From: Octopus vulgaris
Lineage: Eukaryota
Direction of reading: 5' to 3'
DNA: 64,000 nucleotides
NCBI GenBank assembly: GCA_951406725.2
Contig: OX597815.1
Location: 213,962,001 to 214,026,000 of the forward strand
Shown here: piece after piece, positions 15,577 through 30,319 of the stretch
Layout of the letters: every line of letters begins with the position of its first letter
Position numbering within the stretch: the stretch's first letter is position 1
The notes under the pieces: model-generated
Told to the model about the DNA's origin: nothing
Seen by the model: only the letters and a program-made list of their open reading frames with translations
Databases searched by the model: none
Made by a program: the position numbers and the translations under genes

Positions 15577-15874
15577 TTTTCCTTCCTTCCTTTCTTTCCT
15601 TTTTCCTTTCTTTCTTTCTTCCTTTCTTTCATTCTTTCTTTCTTTCTTTCTTTCTTTCTTTTTCCTTTCTTTCTTTCTTTCTTTCTTTCTTCCTTCTTTC
15701 CTTCCTTCCTTCCTTCCTTTCTTTCCTTCCTTCCTTTCTTCTTTTTCTTTCTTTCTTCTTTTCCTTCTTTCCTTCCTTCCTTCCTTCCTTCCTTCCTTCT
15801 TTCTTTCTTTTTTCTTCTTTCTTTCTTTCTTCTTTCTTCTTCTTTCTTTTTTTCTCTTTCTCACACACACATAC

Positions 15875-15908
<34 letters not shown>

Positions 15909-15922
15909 CTCTTTCTCTCTCT
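15441..15922. repeat. Polypyrimidine (TTTC/TTCC)n tract ~480 bp
   Basis: Directly visible. Confidence 0.97.
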
Positions 15923-16633
15923 CACACACACATACCTTAAATCAAATGTGTGTATGTGTGTGTTTGTGTGTGCTTACAAGTAATCTTCCTTGTGAATAAC
16001 TGCTTCAAAAATCGGCATTAAGTTCATATGAGAAAAAAAGAAAGAAATCCCTCCCACGCAACGTTTTTGTAGTAAATGGAAAACTATACATTGAACGAAG
16101 AAAAATATAAAATAAATATTTGATTTTGTTCACATAAAGCAATACTTCTAAAGAACGGTCAAAGCCTGAGTAGGCATTGAATGCGGTCACACAAAGGAAT
16201 ATAAAGATACACAGATATAAACATCAGTTCTGGAGAAAGATACGAATAAAAATCGTTTACTGAATGCAAATACAATGCAGACGATCAGGTTCTTACGATT
16301 TGCATTGAACGACGGTAACAAAACAAGCTTAGTTTGAAATGTTGGTTGTTAGCTCCCTTGCAAATGTAAAGGCTTCGTCTGATGGGACAAAGAGAAGAAC
16401 ATCTATGGCGAGTGATTGCGACCATTGAAAGCGGAATAATGGGTTCTCTTTCATATCACAGTCTTTGTTGCTGTTGAACCTGGCCAAGTATCAGAATGTC
16501 TGCGAGAGAAGCAGCTCTTCGCGAATTAACAGGGAAAAGAAAAATCTGACATTTTTTTTTCCTGATTGTACTTTAAACATTTAATCTACCAATGAAACAT
16601 TTCAAATGCTTTCTATTTGAGACTATTTAGCGC

Positions 16634-16700
<67 letters not shown>

Positions 16701-16912
16701 GGGGAGAGAGATACAGACAGACCGAGAGAGACAGAGAGACACAGAGAGATTCACAGATTAACAGATTTGAATATATATAAATGCACGCACACACATACAT
16801 GCACACACACATACCTATATGTGTATGTAAGTGTGCGTATGTGTGTGTGTGTATACAAACATACACATACACAAAAATACACGATAATATATATACACAA
16901 AAACGCATAGCT

Positions 16913-17312
16913 AGGCGCGGACGTGAGTGGGTGTTTAAGGATCTCGTTCCGAATCACATAGTTTCAGGTTCAGTTCCACCTTTACACGTGTCTTCTACTA
17001 TTGACCCGGGCCAATCAAAGCCTTGTGAACGGATTTAGATAAAAGGAATGCATAGTCGCACACACATATATACACATATACAAATACCTATACATATGTG
17101 CGTGTACGTATCTTTGTTCTTGTTTTGAGCTTGATTCTTCACCCATAATCGCCTGACAACCGGTGTTGGTTTATTTACATCCTCGTAACCTAGTGGTTGG
17201 GCATAAGAAACCGATGGGTCAAGTACCAGGCATAGAAAAATGTAAGTCCTGGGGTCGATTTGTTCGGCTAAACCCTTCAAGGTGGTGCCACAGCAATGAC
17301 TGCAGCAAGTAT
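16913..17312 (+). mobile_element. SINE family A, diverged
   Basis: Head GGCGCGGACGTG..GGTTCAGTTCCAC; tail AAGGTGGTGCCACAGC. Confidence 0.75.
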
Positions 17313-17355
17313 AATATAAAGGTTACATACATTTACACATACAGAAACCACATGT

Positions 17356-17547
17356 GAATCGTTGGCAACATTCTTCCTCCGTCTTCCTTTCTATTGGACT
17401 TTCTTCTGTTTCTGAAGAAGAGCGCTGCTCGAAACGTTAAACCATCTTTCCTTCCTTCCCTGAGCGTCTGCTAATACTTTACATGTACCACGTCCTCGCG
17501 TTGTCGTGTTTTTCTTTCGCGTTTGTTCTTCTTCTTTTGGATTTACT
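17356..17547 (+). mobile_element. Hammerhead-bearing element family H1
   Basis: Homologous to 4840-5046; runs directly into a ~720-bp (TACA)n tract. Confidence 0.7.
17408..17442 (+). ncRNA. Minimal type-I hammerhead ribozyme motif
   Basis: GTTT-CTGAAGA-A-GAGC(gct)GCTC-GAAA-CG-TT|AAAC; CUGANGA and GAAA intact, extra A after A9. Confidence 0.75.
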
Positions 17548-18154
17548 ACATACATACATACATACATACATACATACATACATACATACACACATACATA
17601 CATACATACATACATACATACATACACACATACATACATACATACATACATACATACATACATACATACATACATACACACATACATACATACATACATA
17701 CATACATACATACATACATACATACATACATACACACACACATACATACATACATACATACACACATACATACATACACACACACATACATACATACATA
17801 CATACATACATACATACATACATACATACATACATACATACATGCATACATACATACATACATACATACATACATACATACATACATACATACATACATA
17901 CATACATACATACATACATACATACATACATACATACATACATACATACATACATACATACATACATACATACATACATACATACATACATACATACATA
18001 CATACATACATACATACATACATACATACATACATACATACATACATACATACATACATACATACATACATACATACATACATACATACATACATACATA
18101 CATACATACATACATACATACATACATACATACATACATACATACATGCATACA

Positions 18155-18186
<32 letters not shown>

Positions 18187-18224
18187 CATACATGCATACA
18201 TACATACATACATACATACATACA

Positions 18225-18256
<32 letters not shown>

Positions 18257-18268
18257 CATACATGAATA
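17547..18268. repeat. (TACA)n microsatellite ~720 bp
   Basis: Directly visible. Confidence 0.98.
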
Positions 18269-18797
18269 CATAGCGGATTATCGTCGTATGACAATGAGTA
18301 TCTAGTTGTCGATCAGCTAAATTGCTTAATCCTGAATAAGTGATTGAGCATTCCACAGACACGTATACACTTAAAGTAATAATTTCAGGTAAAATCAACG
18401 GGACACAATGTGTGACATGGATGTGCATTTCGATTCAATAAACCCGACTTTCTTCCAAACAGTTTCCTCCTAACCAACTTCTCTTACAGGGTACTAATTG
18501 ATTCGAGGCGAGAGAATAATTGCATTTTCCCAAGATGTTATGCAGTGGAGTCGAAACCGGGCCCGAGTGGTTGCGAAGCAGATTTCTTAATTTCGTTATA
18601 CGGCTTCGTACACATACAATCATGCGTGCATGCATACACACACACATATTAGGTACATACGTACATGCATACACTCACACACACACACGCACGCACACAC
18701 GCACATACACACGCGCGCATATGAAGCATATGTATATTAAACACTAGTTTGTTAGTATCGCTATTCCTAAGCAAAATAATAATAATAATAATAATAA

Positions 18798-19258
18798 GCC
18801 CTCTGGAACTTCAGCATTCAAACTGACAGAAAGATGGATGCAAATAGGCCAGGCATTATATTGAAAGACTTCAGACAAAAATCATGCCTCCTCATTGATA
18901 TGACTGTCCCAATCGATATAAACGTACCTGTCAAGACCTACCAAAAACTGAGCATGTGTAAAGATCTGGAAATAGAAATCAGCAAAATGTGGAACCTCAA
19001 GACTAAAACAATACCTGTTGTTATAGGTGCCCTAGGAATGATAGCCAAAGCGGCTGATTGCTAACTAGCTCAGATACCAGGAAACCCCAAAATGGCATAA
19101 ATTCAAAAGATAGTGCTCATGGGAACTGGCCATATCCTACGTAAAATACTGTCTAAGAATCTCAAATTTTAAAACAAACTCATAATTTTCTTACGTTTTC
19201 TTAAACATTCTTTAGGACAATACTATGTACAAAACCAAATAAATAACACCCTAGGCAT
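18798..19258 (+). mobile_element. 5'-truncated R4/Dong-like LINE (RLE endonuclease C-terminus) after (TAA)n
   Basis: LWNFSIQTDRKMDANRPGIILKD..IDMTVP..KDLEIEISKMW..IPVVIGALG; same family as 43483-44136. Confidence 0.85.
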
Positions 19259-19810
19259 GATGCAGTACCAGGCAGTGGCTCTCGTGGCTTCTGATCTTAA
19301 TTGATTGAAAGTGTTATCATGTACATTGTTTTGTCTTGGTATAAAAGATGGGCTACAGCAAATATTCTGCTCAATACCACAGATTTGCTTGTCAGTTGTT
19401 TGACCTTAACCAGTTGAGCATGTCCCTTAGTGGCTGACGATATGTGCATCTCTGATCACGAGTAGAAGTAGTGGGGGAGCATCATAGCCATGTGTTGAGA
19501 GGGATTCTTTGGGGTTTGAATAATTCACCTCTGGAAACATGTGTGTTTCGTTCAACATCCTTAAACAACCCTTATTCAGGGACCTTTTGTGTGGGATGGG
19601 CTACTCGACCAGAAGAAAATTCTAACTGGGCCCCACCTGCAAGGTCATGTGCTATTTATCTTGATATGAGATCACCATGTCGCGCACATATGGTTTTGAT
19701 GCATGTGCCTGGTGTACCCTTATCAGACGGGTAGTCATGATGGGTATACTGGGCTTCGTATATTTTACCCCAGTGTCACTTTGATGGCATGAACTGCTCT
19801 CTCACTCAAT
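19259..19810. repeat. Unclassified ~550-bp interspersed-repeat-like segment bounded by a LINE end and an (AAC)n tract
   Basis: GC-richer block with sharp boundaries; no convincing ORF. Confidence 0.35.
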
Positions 19811-19873
<63 letters not shown>

Positions 19874-19879
19874 AATAAA

Positions 19880-20130
19880 ATACAATCCCTTAAAATTTTA
19901 AATAGGAAGAATTTGGAGCATGAAATCAGTAAATGTGCCTATAATAATTGGTGCGTAGGGAACAGTAAGCAAAGATATAGACAAATAATTGAAGGACGTT
20001 GGAATAGAATGCCCGGTATAGTTCCTACAGAAAGTTCGTCTCTTAGGGACAGCAAGGATTATCAGGAGGGTTCTAAGCACTTGAGAGATAGCTGAAAACT
20101 TGTGGATACCTAGCAGATAAATAAGCAAAT
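19880..20130 (+). mobile_element. R4/Dong-like LINE 3' fragment after (AAC/AAT)n
   Basis: IGRIWSMKSVNVPIIIGA*GTV...LQKVRLLGTARIIRRVLS. Confidence 0.75.
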
Positions 20131-20462
20131 ATATAAATATATAACAAAACAGATGAAAAAGTCCCGCTCATTTTCAACAAAAGCAAAAAAACAAACAAAC
20201 AAACAAACACCATGCTACAAACGATTAACAATTGACAAAACAGAAAAAGAACAGTAGATCAGCAAGCACAACAAGCAAGCCAGTGAACAGACACCAACAA
20301 GAGACACACACAAATGAATATACGGATGTACACCAAAACGAATGACTACAGTTCTCGCCTAAAGATTGCGGTGACCTGAAACTCGAATGAGGATATCAAC
20401 CGTTATTTACAATGAACTATATGATCCACAACATATATACACCTAACCCATTCGTTCGTTTG

Positions 20463-20531
<69 letters not shown>

Positions 20532-21114
20532 CATATGTACTTACACATATAGATATACCCCTACACATATATTTATATATGCAAGTATATATATGCAACC
20601 GTGCATAAAACACATGCGCACACATACATGCGTATGTGTATGTATATATGTATATACTGGTGTGTATGTGTACATGAGTATATGTATATACATGTGTTTA
20701 ATGACTGTATAAAAACTTATGTGACATTTTATCAGGCGCATGCCCAGATAAAATATGGAACAATGCGCTGTTACAAAAAAAAAAAGAACAATAGTTATTC
20801 GAGAGAAAGATGTTCATTGAAAACGTCAACACGACGAACGCTCTGTTCAGCAGAAAAGAAAGGCTCAACAGAAGTAGTCGTATTTATGGGATACATTACG
20901 ATTTTTGTTTAGTAATTAGACCAAGGAAGGTTGTTAGAAAGAAGAGATATTCTCACGTGATGTGACAGTCAGAGAGACACAAGTTATGAAATATCTAAAC
21001 TACAGACCTTGAACATTTACAAGAATATTATTGATTAATTTTTCGCCCAAAAGTTTGATTACCCAGGGGTGTATTAAGCAAAAATAATAGTTTACGGGGA
21101 ATTAATGTTTTGAC

Positions 21115-21445
21115 GTTTACCTTTTTCAGTCATTTAGACTATGGTCTAAACGGTACTTATTCCATTGATCTTCTGTCGAACGGTTAGGTTACAGGGACGT
21201 AAGCACACCAACACCGGTTTCCAAGCACAGGCACAAACAGAGAACAAACATAGGCACAGACACACATACACAAACACGCAAACGCATACACAGACAGATA
21301 GACAGACAGACAGACACACACACATATGAAAGGCTTCTCTCAGTTTCTGTCTACCAAATTCACTCACAAGTGTCGACACTTGCTCAAGGTACCACGCAGT
21401 GGGACTGAACCTGAAGCTATGTTGCTGGGAAGCAAGCTTCTTTAC
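21115..21445 (-). mobile_element. SINE family A (with deletions)
   Basis: GGTTACAGGGACGTAAGCACACC; GTGGGACTGAACC. Confidence 0.8.
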
Positions 21446-22939
21446 TTCATTATATTGGCCATAAAGGCCTTACATAGAGAAAGGAAGCTACGGGCTGGAC
21501 ATAGACATAATGTTATATGAAATGAAAAATGAAAATGATGATTAATGAGGGCAACAAGCGACGCCCGCCGATCGTTGTTTCCCCGAGAACATTGATCTCT
21601 TATAATTCATTCACGAGGCAACAAACCTCTTGCACTGTTCACAATATTCAATAACAAAATGAGGCACTAAGCCTTTTACCTTTTTTCCCAACTTTCATGC
21701 CCGACTAGGCACCTTGCCTCATTCAAGCACCTGGACGGTGCCAAGTCGGGCCACTTCAACATAAACCTAAATGTATCTTCGGGGAAGGAGTTCATTACCC
21801 TGCACAAGTCGGTTTCCCATATGTCCACCGCAGCCACCTGCATAGGCCAATCAAGGTCCTCAGTGCAGGATAGAATTCCTTCCCTCCGGCCTTTTTTTAA
21901 AAACGTCTTCACAAAGTTTTCACTAGAACCCCAAAACAAAAGTCTTACCTTACAGTTGAGTTTTTTTAATTAATATTTCACCAGCGTGGCTACTTCTTTC
22001 ACTGGTACAAACAACACAGACAACAACGCATGCGCGGGAAGCAAGCTTCTTACCACACAACCACACTATGCTGAATTCTTTTAAAGAGCATTCAAAAATA
22101 ACAATCTTCGCCTTAAAAAATTAACTGCTAATTCCTCTGAATTTCTCCAGAGTAGCATACAAAGCCTCAGTATTTATTTATGTTGACCTTGAAATTTGTC
22201 TGTAGTTACAATTGTCATTTACCTGATGTGACGTGCATAACAAAAGTGGGTGTTGTGTACGTGGCACAGATTTTCATGATAACGACAGAGCTAGAAGAGT
22301 TTAATTTATGCTGATGCATGTATTTTTATTTCCACATACCTTTGCAGGTATATAGTGACCTCTGTAGGTATCCCAAACATTTTTCAAAATATGTTTTGGT
22401 TTAACTTTCATGATAAATGCATAAAAACAATAAATATTAATTCAGTAAAGTATACACCAAGAGATAAATATTTATCATATAATAATTATTAATAATAAAT
22501 CATTTATTTTACTTCGAAATAACTATTGTCACTAATTGAAAGTTCACCAGTCGTACTCCATTGCAAGTGAAAGTTACTGTATGAATAAATCCCCAGCGGC
22601 GAAACTTGGAACTAATTGTTAACATTATGGATTATTTCACTTTGAGATTTATTGAAGCTCTTTAGAGAATTCCAGCAGGTTGCTAATAAAGCCAAAAGAC
22701 ATTCTTAATTAAGAGAGTTCCCGGTGTTTTTAAATATGTGGTTGTGTTGGTGAGTTGGTCGAACTGCAGGTGTATACACTCAAATATCTGCATCTATTCA
22801 CATAATAATCTTAGATGGAGAAATTTTGGAATGTCTTATAATTCTTCACTGTGCCACTATAAATTGTATTTGGAGAATCTGCGTCGGTTTCTTGTATGTA
22901 TCTATGTCCATTATTCAGGTTATTTCAAAATTTCTTACC

Positions 22940-23111
22940 AATAGAGAAAGAACCGGTTTCTAACCTAGATCCAAGGCTCAGTCATTGGAATTTCAACATC
23001 AACAACAGGGTATGTATGTATGTATGTATGTATGTATGCATGTATACATGTGCAGATTTCTATGTTTTATGTATGTATTCTCATGCATATAGTTGCATAT
23101 CTAGACATGCT

Positions 23112-23147
<36 letters not shown>

Positions 23148-23405
23148 TGATAAACTCCTGGAAAGTTTTACAGATTTTTACAGTTCCAGTGATGGATTGG
23201 ACCTGTAGTCTTCAAATTAGCTTTCTCCTTTCTGATCTTGAGAAACCAAATTACCTAATTTCTTAAGATTGGTATTTTGGCATTGTGTTACATATCCCTG
23301 GGCCCCAATAATTACAGATATAAACCTGAACTTGTAATCTGGATAAAATAACTGCAGATTTCACAATAGTTCAGCATAAGTTTTCTCTTTTTAATGGATC
23401 TTCAG
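22940..23405 (-). mobile_element. RLE-type (R2/R4-like) LINE 3' end with microsatellite inside the 3' UTR
   Basis: Minus strand EKTYAEL.*NLQLFYPDYKFRFISVIIGAQGYV...LQVQSITGTVKICKTF. Confidence 0.7.
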
Positions 23406-23441
23406 TATGTATGTATGTATGTATGTATGTATGTATGTATG

Positions 23442-23472
<31 letters not shown>

Positions 23473-23517
23473 GTATGTATGCATGCATGTATGTATGTAT
23501 GCATGCATGTACGTACG

Positions 23518-23738
23518 TACGAGGGGGCGCTGAAAAGTTTCTGGCTTTGAGTAAAAGAAAATTCAGGAGGATCAGTTAATTAGGATTTTATTCAACTTAT
23601 TCCCCTCTCAGATTCACGCACTTGTTACAGCAGCCCTTCTGTTTTTCTAAACCTTGTGAGAGAACTCGGAAGATTGGGCCTCCTCCGAGGCCTTTTGCAA
23701 TACCCTTGAAGCCAGGAACTTTACAGCACCCCCTTGTA
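23518..23738 (-). mobile_element. Mariner-derived MITE
   Basis: TIRs TACGAGGGGGCGCTGAAAAGTTTCTGGCTT / AAGCCAGGAACTTTACAGCACCCCCTTGTA with TA ends; same family as 49724-49950. Confidence 0.85.
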
Positions 23739-23981
23739 AACACATATTTGCGCGTGTGTGTGGGGTGGTGGTGGCTTAGGCGAGATATGTGTCAGTCAAC
23801 ATGAACTTTAGAATATGTTTGACCCTGCTTTTAGTACCGAGTCTGTAACTATTATAACAATGAAGTGAAATTAACATATGTATATATTTATGTGAGAGAG
23901 TATGCGTTAACGTGTGCGTATCTGTGTGTTTGTGGGGGGGGTGTGCATGTGAGTGTATGAATGTAAATGTGTTTGTGTGCG

Positions 23982-24133
<152 letters not shown>

Positions 24134-25004
24134 TCGGGCTTACAAGCATGCGTATCTTTATATTTCGAAATGAAATTCCTCCTGTTTTTTGTGCATTAAT
24201 ACCCGGATCATGTAAATAATGTTTCTTCGAAATAATGCATTGAATTTTTTCCATGAAAACACGTTACTACAACTGCTCTGGCCGTTTGAATTCACGAAAA
24301 TGTTAGTACCTGACTGTGTCCTTATTTCATCAACAACTAATAGAATAATGTCAAAATTTCACCTGTGACCGTTTTGTTTGGCTCATGAATTCTTTGTCGA
24401 ATGTTGTTTAGATAAGGTTGACCTTCGATCTGAGTTTCCTCGTAAAATGAAAACGAAACTTAAGTGTAATTATCTTAGCAAACATATGATCAATAGAAAA
24501 GGTTTTATGTATCAAGCAGATGAGACACACGCACGCTGCAAATCGTGTTTGCTTAAGAATTTTGAATACAAGGTGTAAGGGAATTGTTTTACATGCTACT
24601 TTAAACTAGTATTGGGTTCCAATATAGACGAACCTAGACTGTACTATTAAGTTCTTTTTGTTTATTCTCTGCGTATTTGGAAATATAACAATGGGATTAA
24701 GAGGGCAGATATTTATTTATTTCTTAATATATTTTTCAATTCAAATCATCATCAACATACTTATAGTGCGAGCAGTTCTCCAACTGGCCTAGTTCTTATA
24801 TTATAACTCGCCTAGATTCTGTATCAACGGGTTTTCTCTATTATTGTGTCCATACATTAAATCCTTGTGTTGTGTGCTCACCACTTTTCTTTGTATGATT
24901 TTCTATTTACACATTCTCAGTCGTCTACATTGTCGATGTGTTTCTGTCCTCAGGACAAAAGCATAAGAGCGCCATTTTTCAGACTCCTGTAAAAATATGC
25001 ATGC

Positions 25005-25222
25005 ATGTGTGTGCGTGTGTGTTTGTATGTCTCCCATCACCGCTTGAAAACCGGTGTTGTTGAGTTGACGTCTCCGTATTTTAGCGGTTCGGCAAAAAGT
25101 GACCGATAATTTTAGTACCAAGCTTAAAAAATGCATTGCTGTTGATTCGTTCGAGACGAAAACTTTTCAAGGCGATGCTCCAACATGGCTGCAGTCCAGT
25201 GACTGAAACAAGTGGAATATAA
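25005..25222 (+). mobile_element. SINE family A, 3' half
   Basis: TTAGCGGTTCGGCAAAA..AAGGCGATGCTCCAACATGGCTGCAGTCC. Confidence 0.8.
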
Positions 25223-25794
25223 AAAGTGAACGATAAATTTATAAAATTCACATAAATTACTTACTAGCTTAAAAGCCGCACTCCGGAGGGTTAATTGGGC
25301 CTGTGGCCCAGAACTACAGAGTACTAAATAGCATGACTATAATATGTCTATAATGGCTATATGCTCCGGTGGTATTTGATCAGAGTTTTAGGACGGATCA
25401 GAATTGATTCTGTAATACAATCATTCTATTGTTCCAGTCCCAAGTTGAATTCCAACTGTTGACCAATTTGTCCCAAAGTTCTTACTTGATGTAAAATTAA
25501 CGAAGCGAATGTCATTTATCTCCCCCTTGATCTCTGACGTCATCTGACGAACGTCAATCAAGATGGCGTGAATTAGTCAAATTTACCTGCTAGAAATAGC
25601 AGCTTAAATGCTTTTAAATCAGATCCCAATGCTGGATGTTCAAGAATCAAATGAAGGGCAGATTTTCAATCCCGATATCATCCTCGTTCTAAAAAGGCAC
25701 ATGTCTATGTTGAATAAATATAGACTAAGATACAGGGATCACAAACGGACAGACAGAATTTCGCTTTTCGTAATTATAGATGGTTAAATATATA

Positions 25795-26198
25795 GGCGTA
25801 GGAGTGGCTGTGTGATAAGTAGCTTGCTTACGAACCGCATGGTTCCGGGTTCAGTCCCACTGTGCAGCACCTTGGGCAAGTATCTTCTACTATAGCCTCA
25901 GGTCGACCAAAGCCTTATGAGTGGATTTGGTAGACGGAAACTGAAAGAAGCCCGTCGTATATATGTATATATATATATATGTATGTGTGTATATATGTAT
26001 GTGTGTCTCTGTCCCCCCAACATCGCTTGACAACTGATGGTGGTGTGTTTACGTCCCCGTAACTTAGCGATTTGGCAAAAGAGACCGATAGAATAAGTAC
26101 TAGGCTTACAAAAAATAAGTCATGGGGTCGATTTGCTCGGCTAAAGGCGGTGCTCCAGCATGGCCACAGTCAAATGACTGAAACAAGTTAAAGAGTAA
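25795..26198 (+). mobile_element. SINE family A, full length
   Basis: Head-to-tail match to 42040-42448. Confidence 0.92.
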
Positions 26199-26424
26199 AA
26201 TAGTATACGCACACACAATTTCTATATAATCGGATACACAAAAGCACACACACGTACACAGGTATACGCACCCTGATATTTGTATGTGTGTATGTGTGTA
26301 TGTATGCGATGTGTTTGTGAGTGTTGTGTGTATATGTCTGCGTGTGCTTGTGTATGTGTGTGTGTGTTCGTATGTGTGCCTGTGTGTATGTGTGTCTGTG
26401 TGTATGTGTTTGTGTGAGTATGTG

Positions 26425-26483
<59 letters not shown>

Positions 26484-26738
26484 TAGATCGTATTTTTATA
26501 CGCATCAAAAGCAGTGACTACTGAATTCACTACAACTGTAAATTCGATATTTTTCAAATGAACTCATTGACCTCACTCTTGTAATGAGTCATTTCATGCT
26601 CGCTCTTTGTATTCGGATCAACCCACTCTGTTTTAACAGCGGTGTGTATGTGTACATGTATGTATACAGACACACACACACATACATATACGCATACACA
26701 CACATGCATACATACATACTTACATACATACATACATA

Positions 26739-27465
26739 CATATATTCATTCATACATACATACATACATACATACATACATACATACATACATACATACA
26801 TACACACATACGGCACTTACTCTATTAGCAAGAAATCTGGAAATACAACTGAATACTCACATCCATCAGGGTCGGTCCCAGGAATTTTTCGAAGAGAGGG
26901 TTCAAGTCCAGAAGGAGAAAAAAGTGGAGCACGTGACCTTTACACCCCCCCTATCCGTATGTGCCTCTCTGTCCATACACACACATATGAAAGACGATCC
27001 TCGTCTGCTGCTATCTATGCAAGGTGTTTTATGTACCAAGCGCTTATAAAGAATGATATCTTAAAGTTAAAAACGCAGTATTCGGTGTTGTAACAAGGAA
27101 TCCTTGGTAATTTATATATATATATAAAGGGGGTAAAGACCCCCTTCGGTCATGAATGACCATGGGATTGCACCTAGAAAGTTACCCTCCTAGACACAAG
27201 TCCGGCAAGGTTGTTTATGGAAGACCAGCAGTCGCCCATGCATAACAGCCTTTCCTCTCCACACCACTGATGTTATCCAAGGGAAAGACAAAGGTCGATA
27301 CAGCTTGGCACCAGTGACGTCACAACTCATTTCTACAGCTGAGTGAACTGGAGCAACGTGAAATAAAGTGCTTTGCTCAAGAACACAACACGCAGCCCGG
27401 TCCGGGATTCGAGCTCACAACCTCGCGATTGTAAGCTCGACGCTCTAACCACTGAGCCATGCGCC

Positions 27466-27544
<79 letters not shown>

Positions 27545-27839
27545 TAGGCGGTGCTCCAGCATGGTCGCAGTCATGTGACTGAAGCAAGTAAAAGAATATA
27601 TATATATATATAGGTGGGTACGTGCTCCACTTTTTTCTCCTTCTGGACTTGAGCCCTCTCTTCGAAAAATTCCTGGGACCGACCCTGATGGATGTGAGTA
27701 TTCAGTTGTATTTCCAGATTTCTTGCTAATAGAGTAAGTGCCGTATGTGTGTATGTATGTATGTATGTATGTATGTATGTATGTATGTATGTATGTATGT
27801 ATGTATGTATGTATGTATGTATGTATGAATGAATATATG
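26739..27839. repeat. Long near-perfect inverted repeat (arms 26739-26934 and 27620-27839)
   Basis: ~125-bp unique core with one mismatch plus mirrored (TACA)n including the TATATTCATTC variant. Confidence 0.95.
27134..27465 (-). mobile_element. SINE family C, full length
   Basis: Near-identical to 5997-6330; intact head GGCGCATGGCTCAGTGGTTAGAGCG. Confidence 0.92.
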
Positions 27840-27860
27840 ATTGTTTGTATGTATGTATAG

Positions 27861-28305
27861 CGCCGTGAACGCTACATTATCTGTATGATGTGGAAAATAT
27901 TCCACCAGCACTGTCCGAATGATGTTGGCATCACCTTCAAAATGCATCCAAGGCTTGGACCACGTGCCATCCGTCCACAACAAAAATCTTAATCGCATCA
28001 CATAACGACAATACGGCACAACTATTTCACCTCAATTGGACCTGCTCTCTTCAACATTACACCAGGGCACGTCAATAAAGAAACTGACCACACAAAATTC
28101 AAGAAGTCTTTGGACAAATTCCTTCAAACAGTACCGGACAAACCACCCACACCCGGATATGTCTCCGCAAACAATAACTCTCTGCTCGAATGGGCCTTGG
28201 TGCCCAAATCCTGAACTGAAAGACTTCGCCAGGTGGTGCTATTAAGTTAGACATGGCCTGGGCCAATACTGGCCAAAACCTTTCTAAGTTAAGTTATTCT
28301 AAGTT
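27861..28305 (+). mobile_element. CR1/L2-group LINE 3' fragment
   Basis: Frame from 27861 reads RRERYIICMMWKI...FTSIGPALFNITP...FKKSLDKFLQTVPDKP..PGY...NNSL*, one internal stop at 27990; tandem TAAGT-type tail. Confidence 0.8.
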
Positions 28306-28309
28306 ATAT

Positions 28310-28487
28310 TAAATTAGAGACAAAACCACTATTATGCAAATCAAATCAAACAATGAAAGACTTAAGCCAATACATAAATTAATTTATATAATTTAATATA
28401 ATATAATATTTTACTATAAAATTGGATTCAATCCTAAAACTGATTTTTCCCTGTAAGTTTGGATTTATTCCCTAATATTTATTATTA
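28310..28487. mobile_element. Fragments related to element H2
   Basis: AAATTAGAGACAAAACCAC resembles 7782-7800; reverse complement of 28420-28487 (TTAGGGAATAAATCCAAACTTACAGGGAA) resembles 7690-7730. Confidence 0.55.
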
Positions 28488-28546
28488 TATATATATATAT
28501 ATATGAATAAAAAATGGAGTTAACGCAGGTTTAAACAAGTATTTTT

Positions 28547-28632
28547 ACTTTCTACCTATGTTTCAAAATTCCACTGATACTTATTCAAAAGAATAAAAGG
28601 TATAAACAATGCAATCTTCTCTTCGGGAAAGT
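28547..28632 (-). ncRNA. Type-I hammerhead ribozyme motif (U4C), family H3 copy 1
   Basis: ACTTTC-CCGAAGA-GAAGATT...AATTTT-GAAA-C-ATAG-GTA|GAAAGT. Confidence 0.65.
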
Positions 28633-29026
28633 GAAAAAACGAAACTTGTCAATACGACATTTTAGCAAAAAATGATGGATTCGTATAGCGATAGACAGAA
28701 CGCTATTAATATTGTTTAAAAAAACGTTATATGATATAACGTCATAAGTAGCTAACAGAAAGAGTAGGGATATTAATAGTGAATGTTAAATATAAAGGAA
28801 ATTAAAGTCTAAACTATATATAATGATAGATACTATTTATATGCACTAAAAGTATGTTTCTGCCAATGCTTACATCTGTATGCTCGTTCTATAACCGTGT
28901 ATGTATAATGTGTGCACGTGTGTGTATACGTATGTGTGTACAGAGAGAGACAGGGAGAGAGAGAGAGACGCATCTCTCGCTCTCTATCTCTCTCTATATA
29001 TATATACATACATACTTACATATATG

Positions 29027-29069
<43 letters not shown>

Positions 29070-29357
29070 TTATAGATATACGCGCACACACACGCTAACA
29101 CACGTTTAAGTATTAATTGTGCAAGTGTGTGTGTATGTGTGTGTGTATGTGTGATCTTGCAACAGATTGTATATGTAGATACTAAGTACATTATTTTCCG
29201 GTTCCGGTGTAAATTTTATGCTTAAAATTATATTCTTGTTTCAGTTCTACAGGAAATCAGGACTTGACCGCATAACATTCGAATGTCTTAAACATAACAT
29301 TCATAACATTCGAATGTCTTTAATAACGAAATATACTGAATACTGTAGAATCTACTA

Positions 29358-30319
<962 letters not shown>

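Noticed and set aside
21548-21910. Minus-strand ORF (..NSFPEDTFRFMLKW..) possibly from an R2/NeSL-like element or an exon
   Set aside because: Similarity too vague; no diagnostic motif or splice support
24921-24958. Minus-strand TTGTC-CTGAGGA-CA-GAAACACATC-GACAA hammerhead-like string
   Set aside because: No helix II (only 2 nt between the boxes)
25735-25781. Possible Helitron/Helentron terminus (ACGGACAGACAGAATTTCGC..ATAGAT)
   Set aside because: Could not identify the other end or a second copy in the window
27395-27465. tRNA-like sequence (also 6260-6330, 34700-34770, 42040-42110)
   Set aside because: SINE heads: no proper acceptor stem, and they continue into SINE bodies
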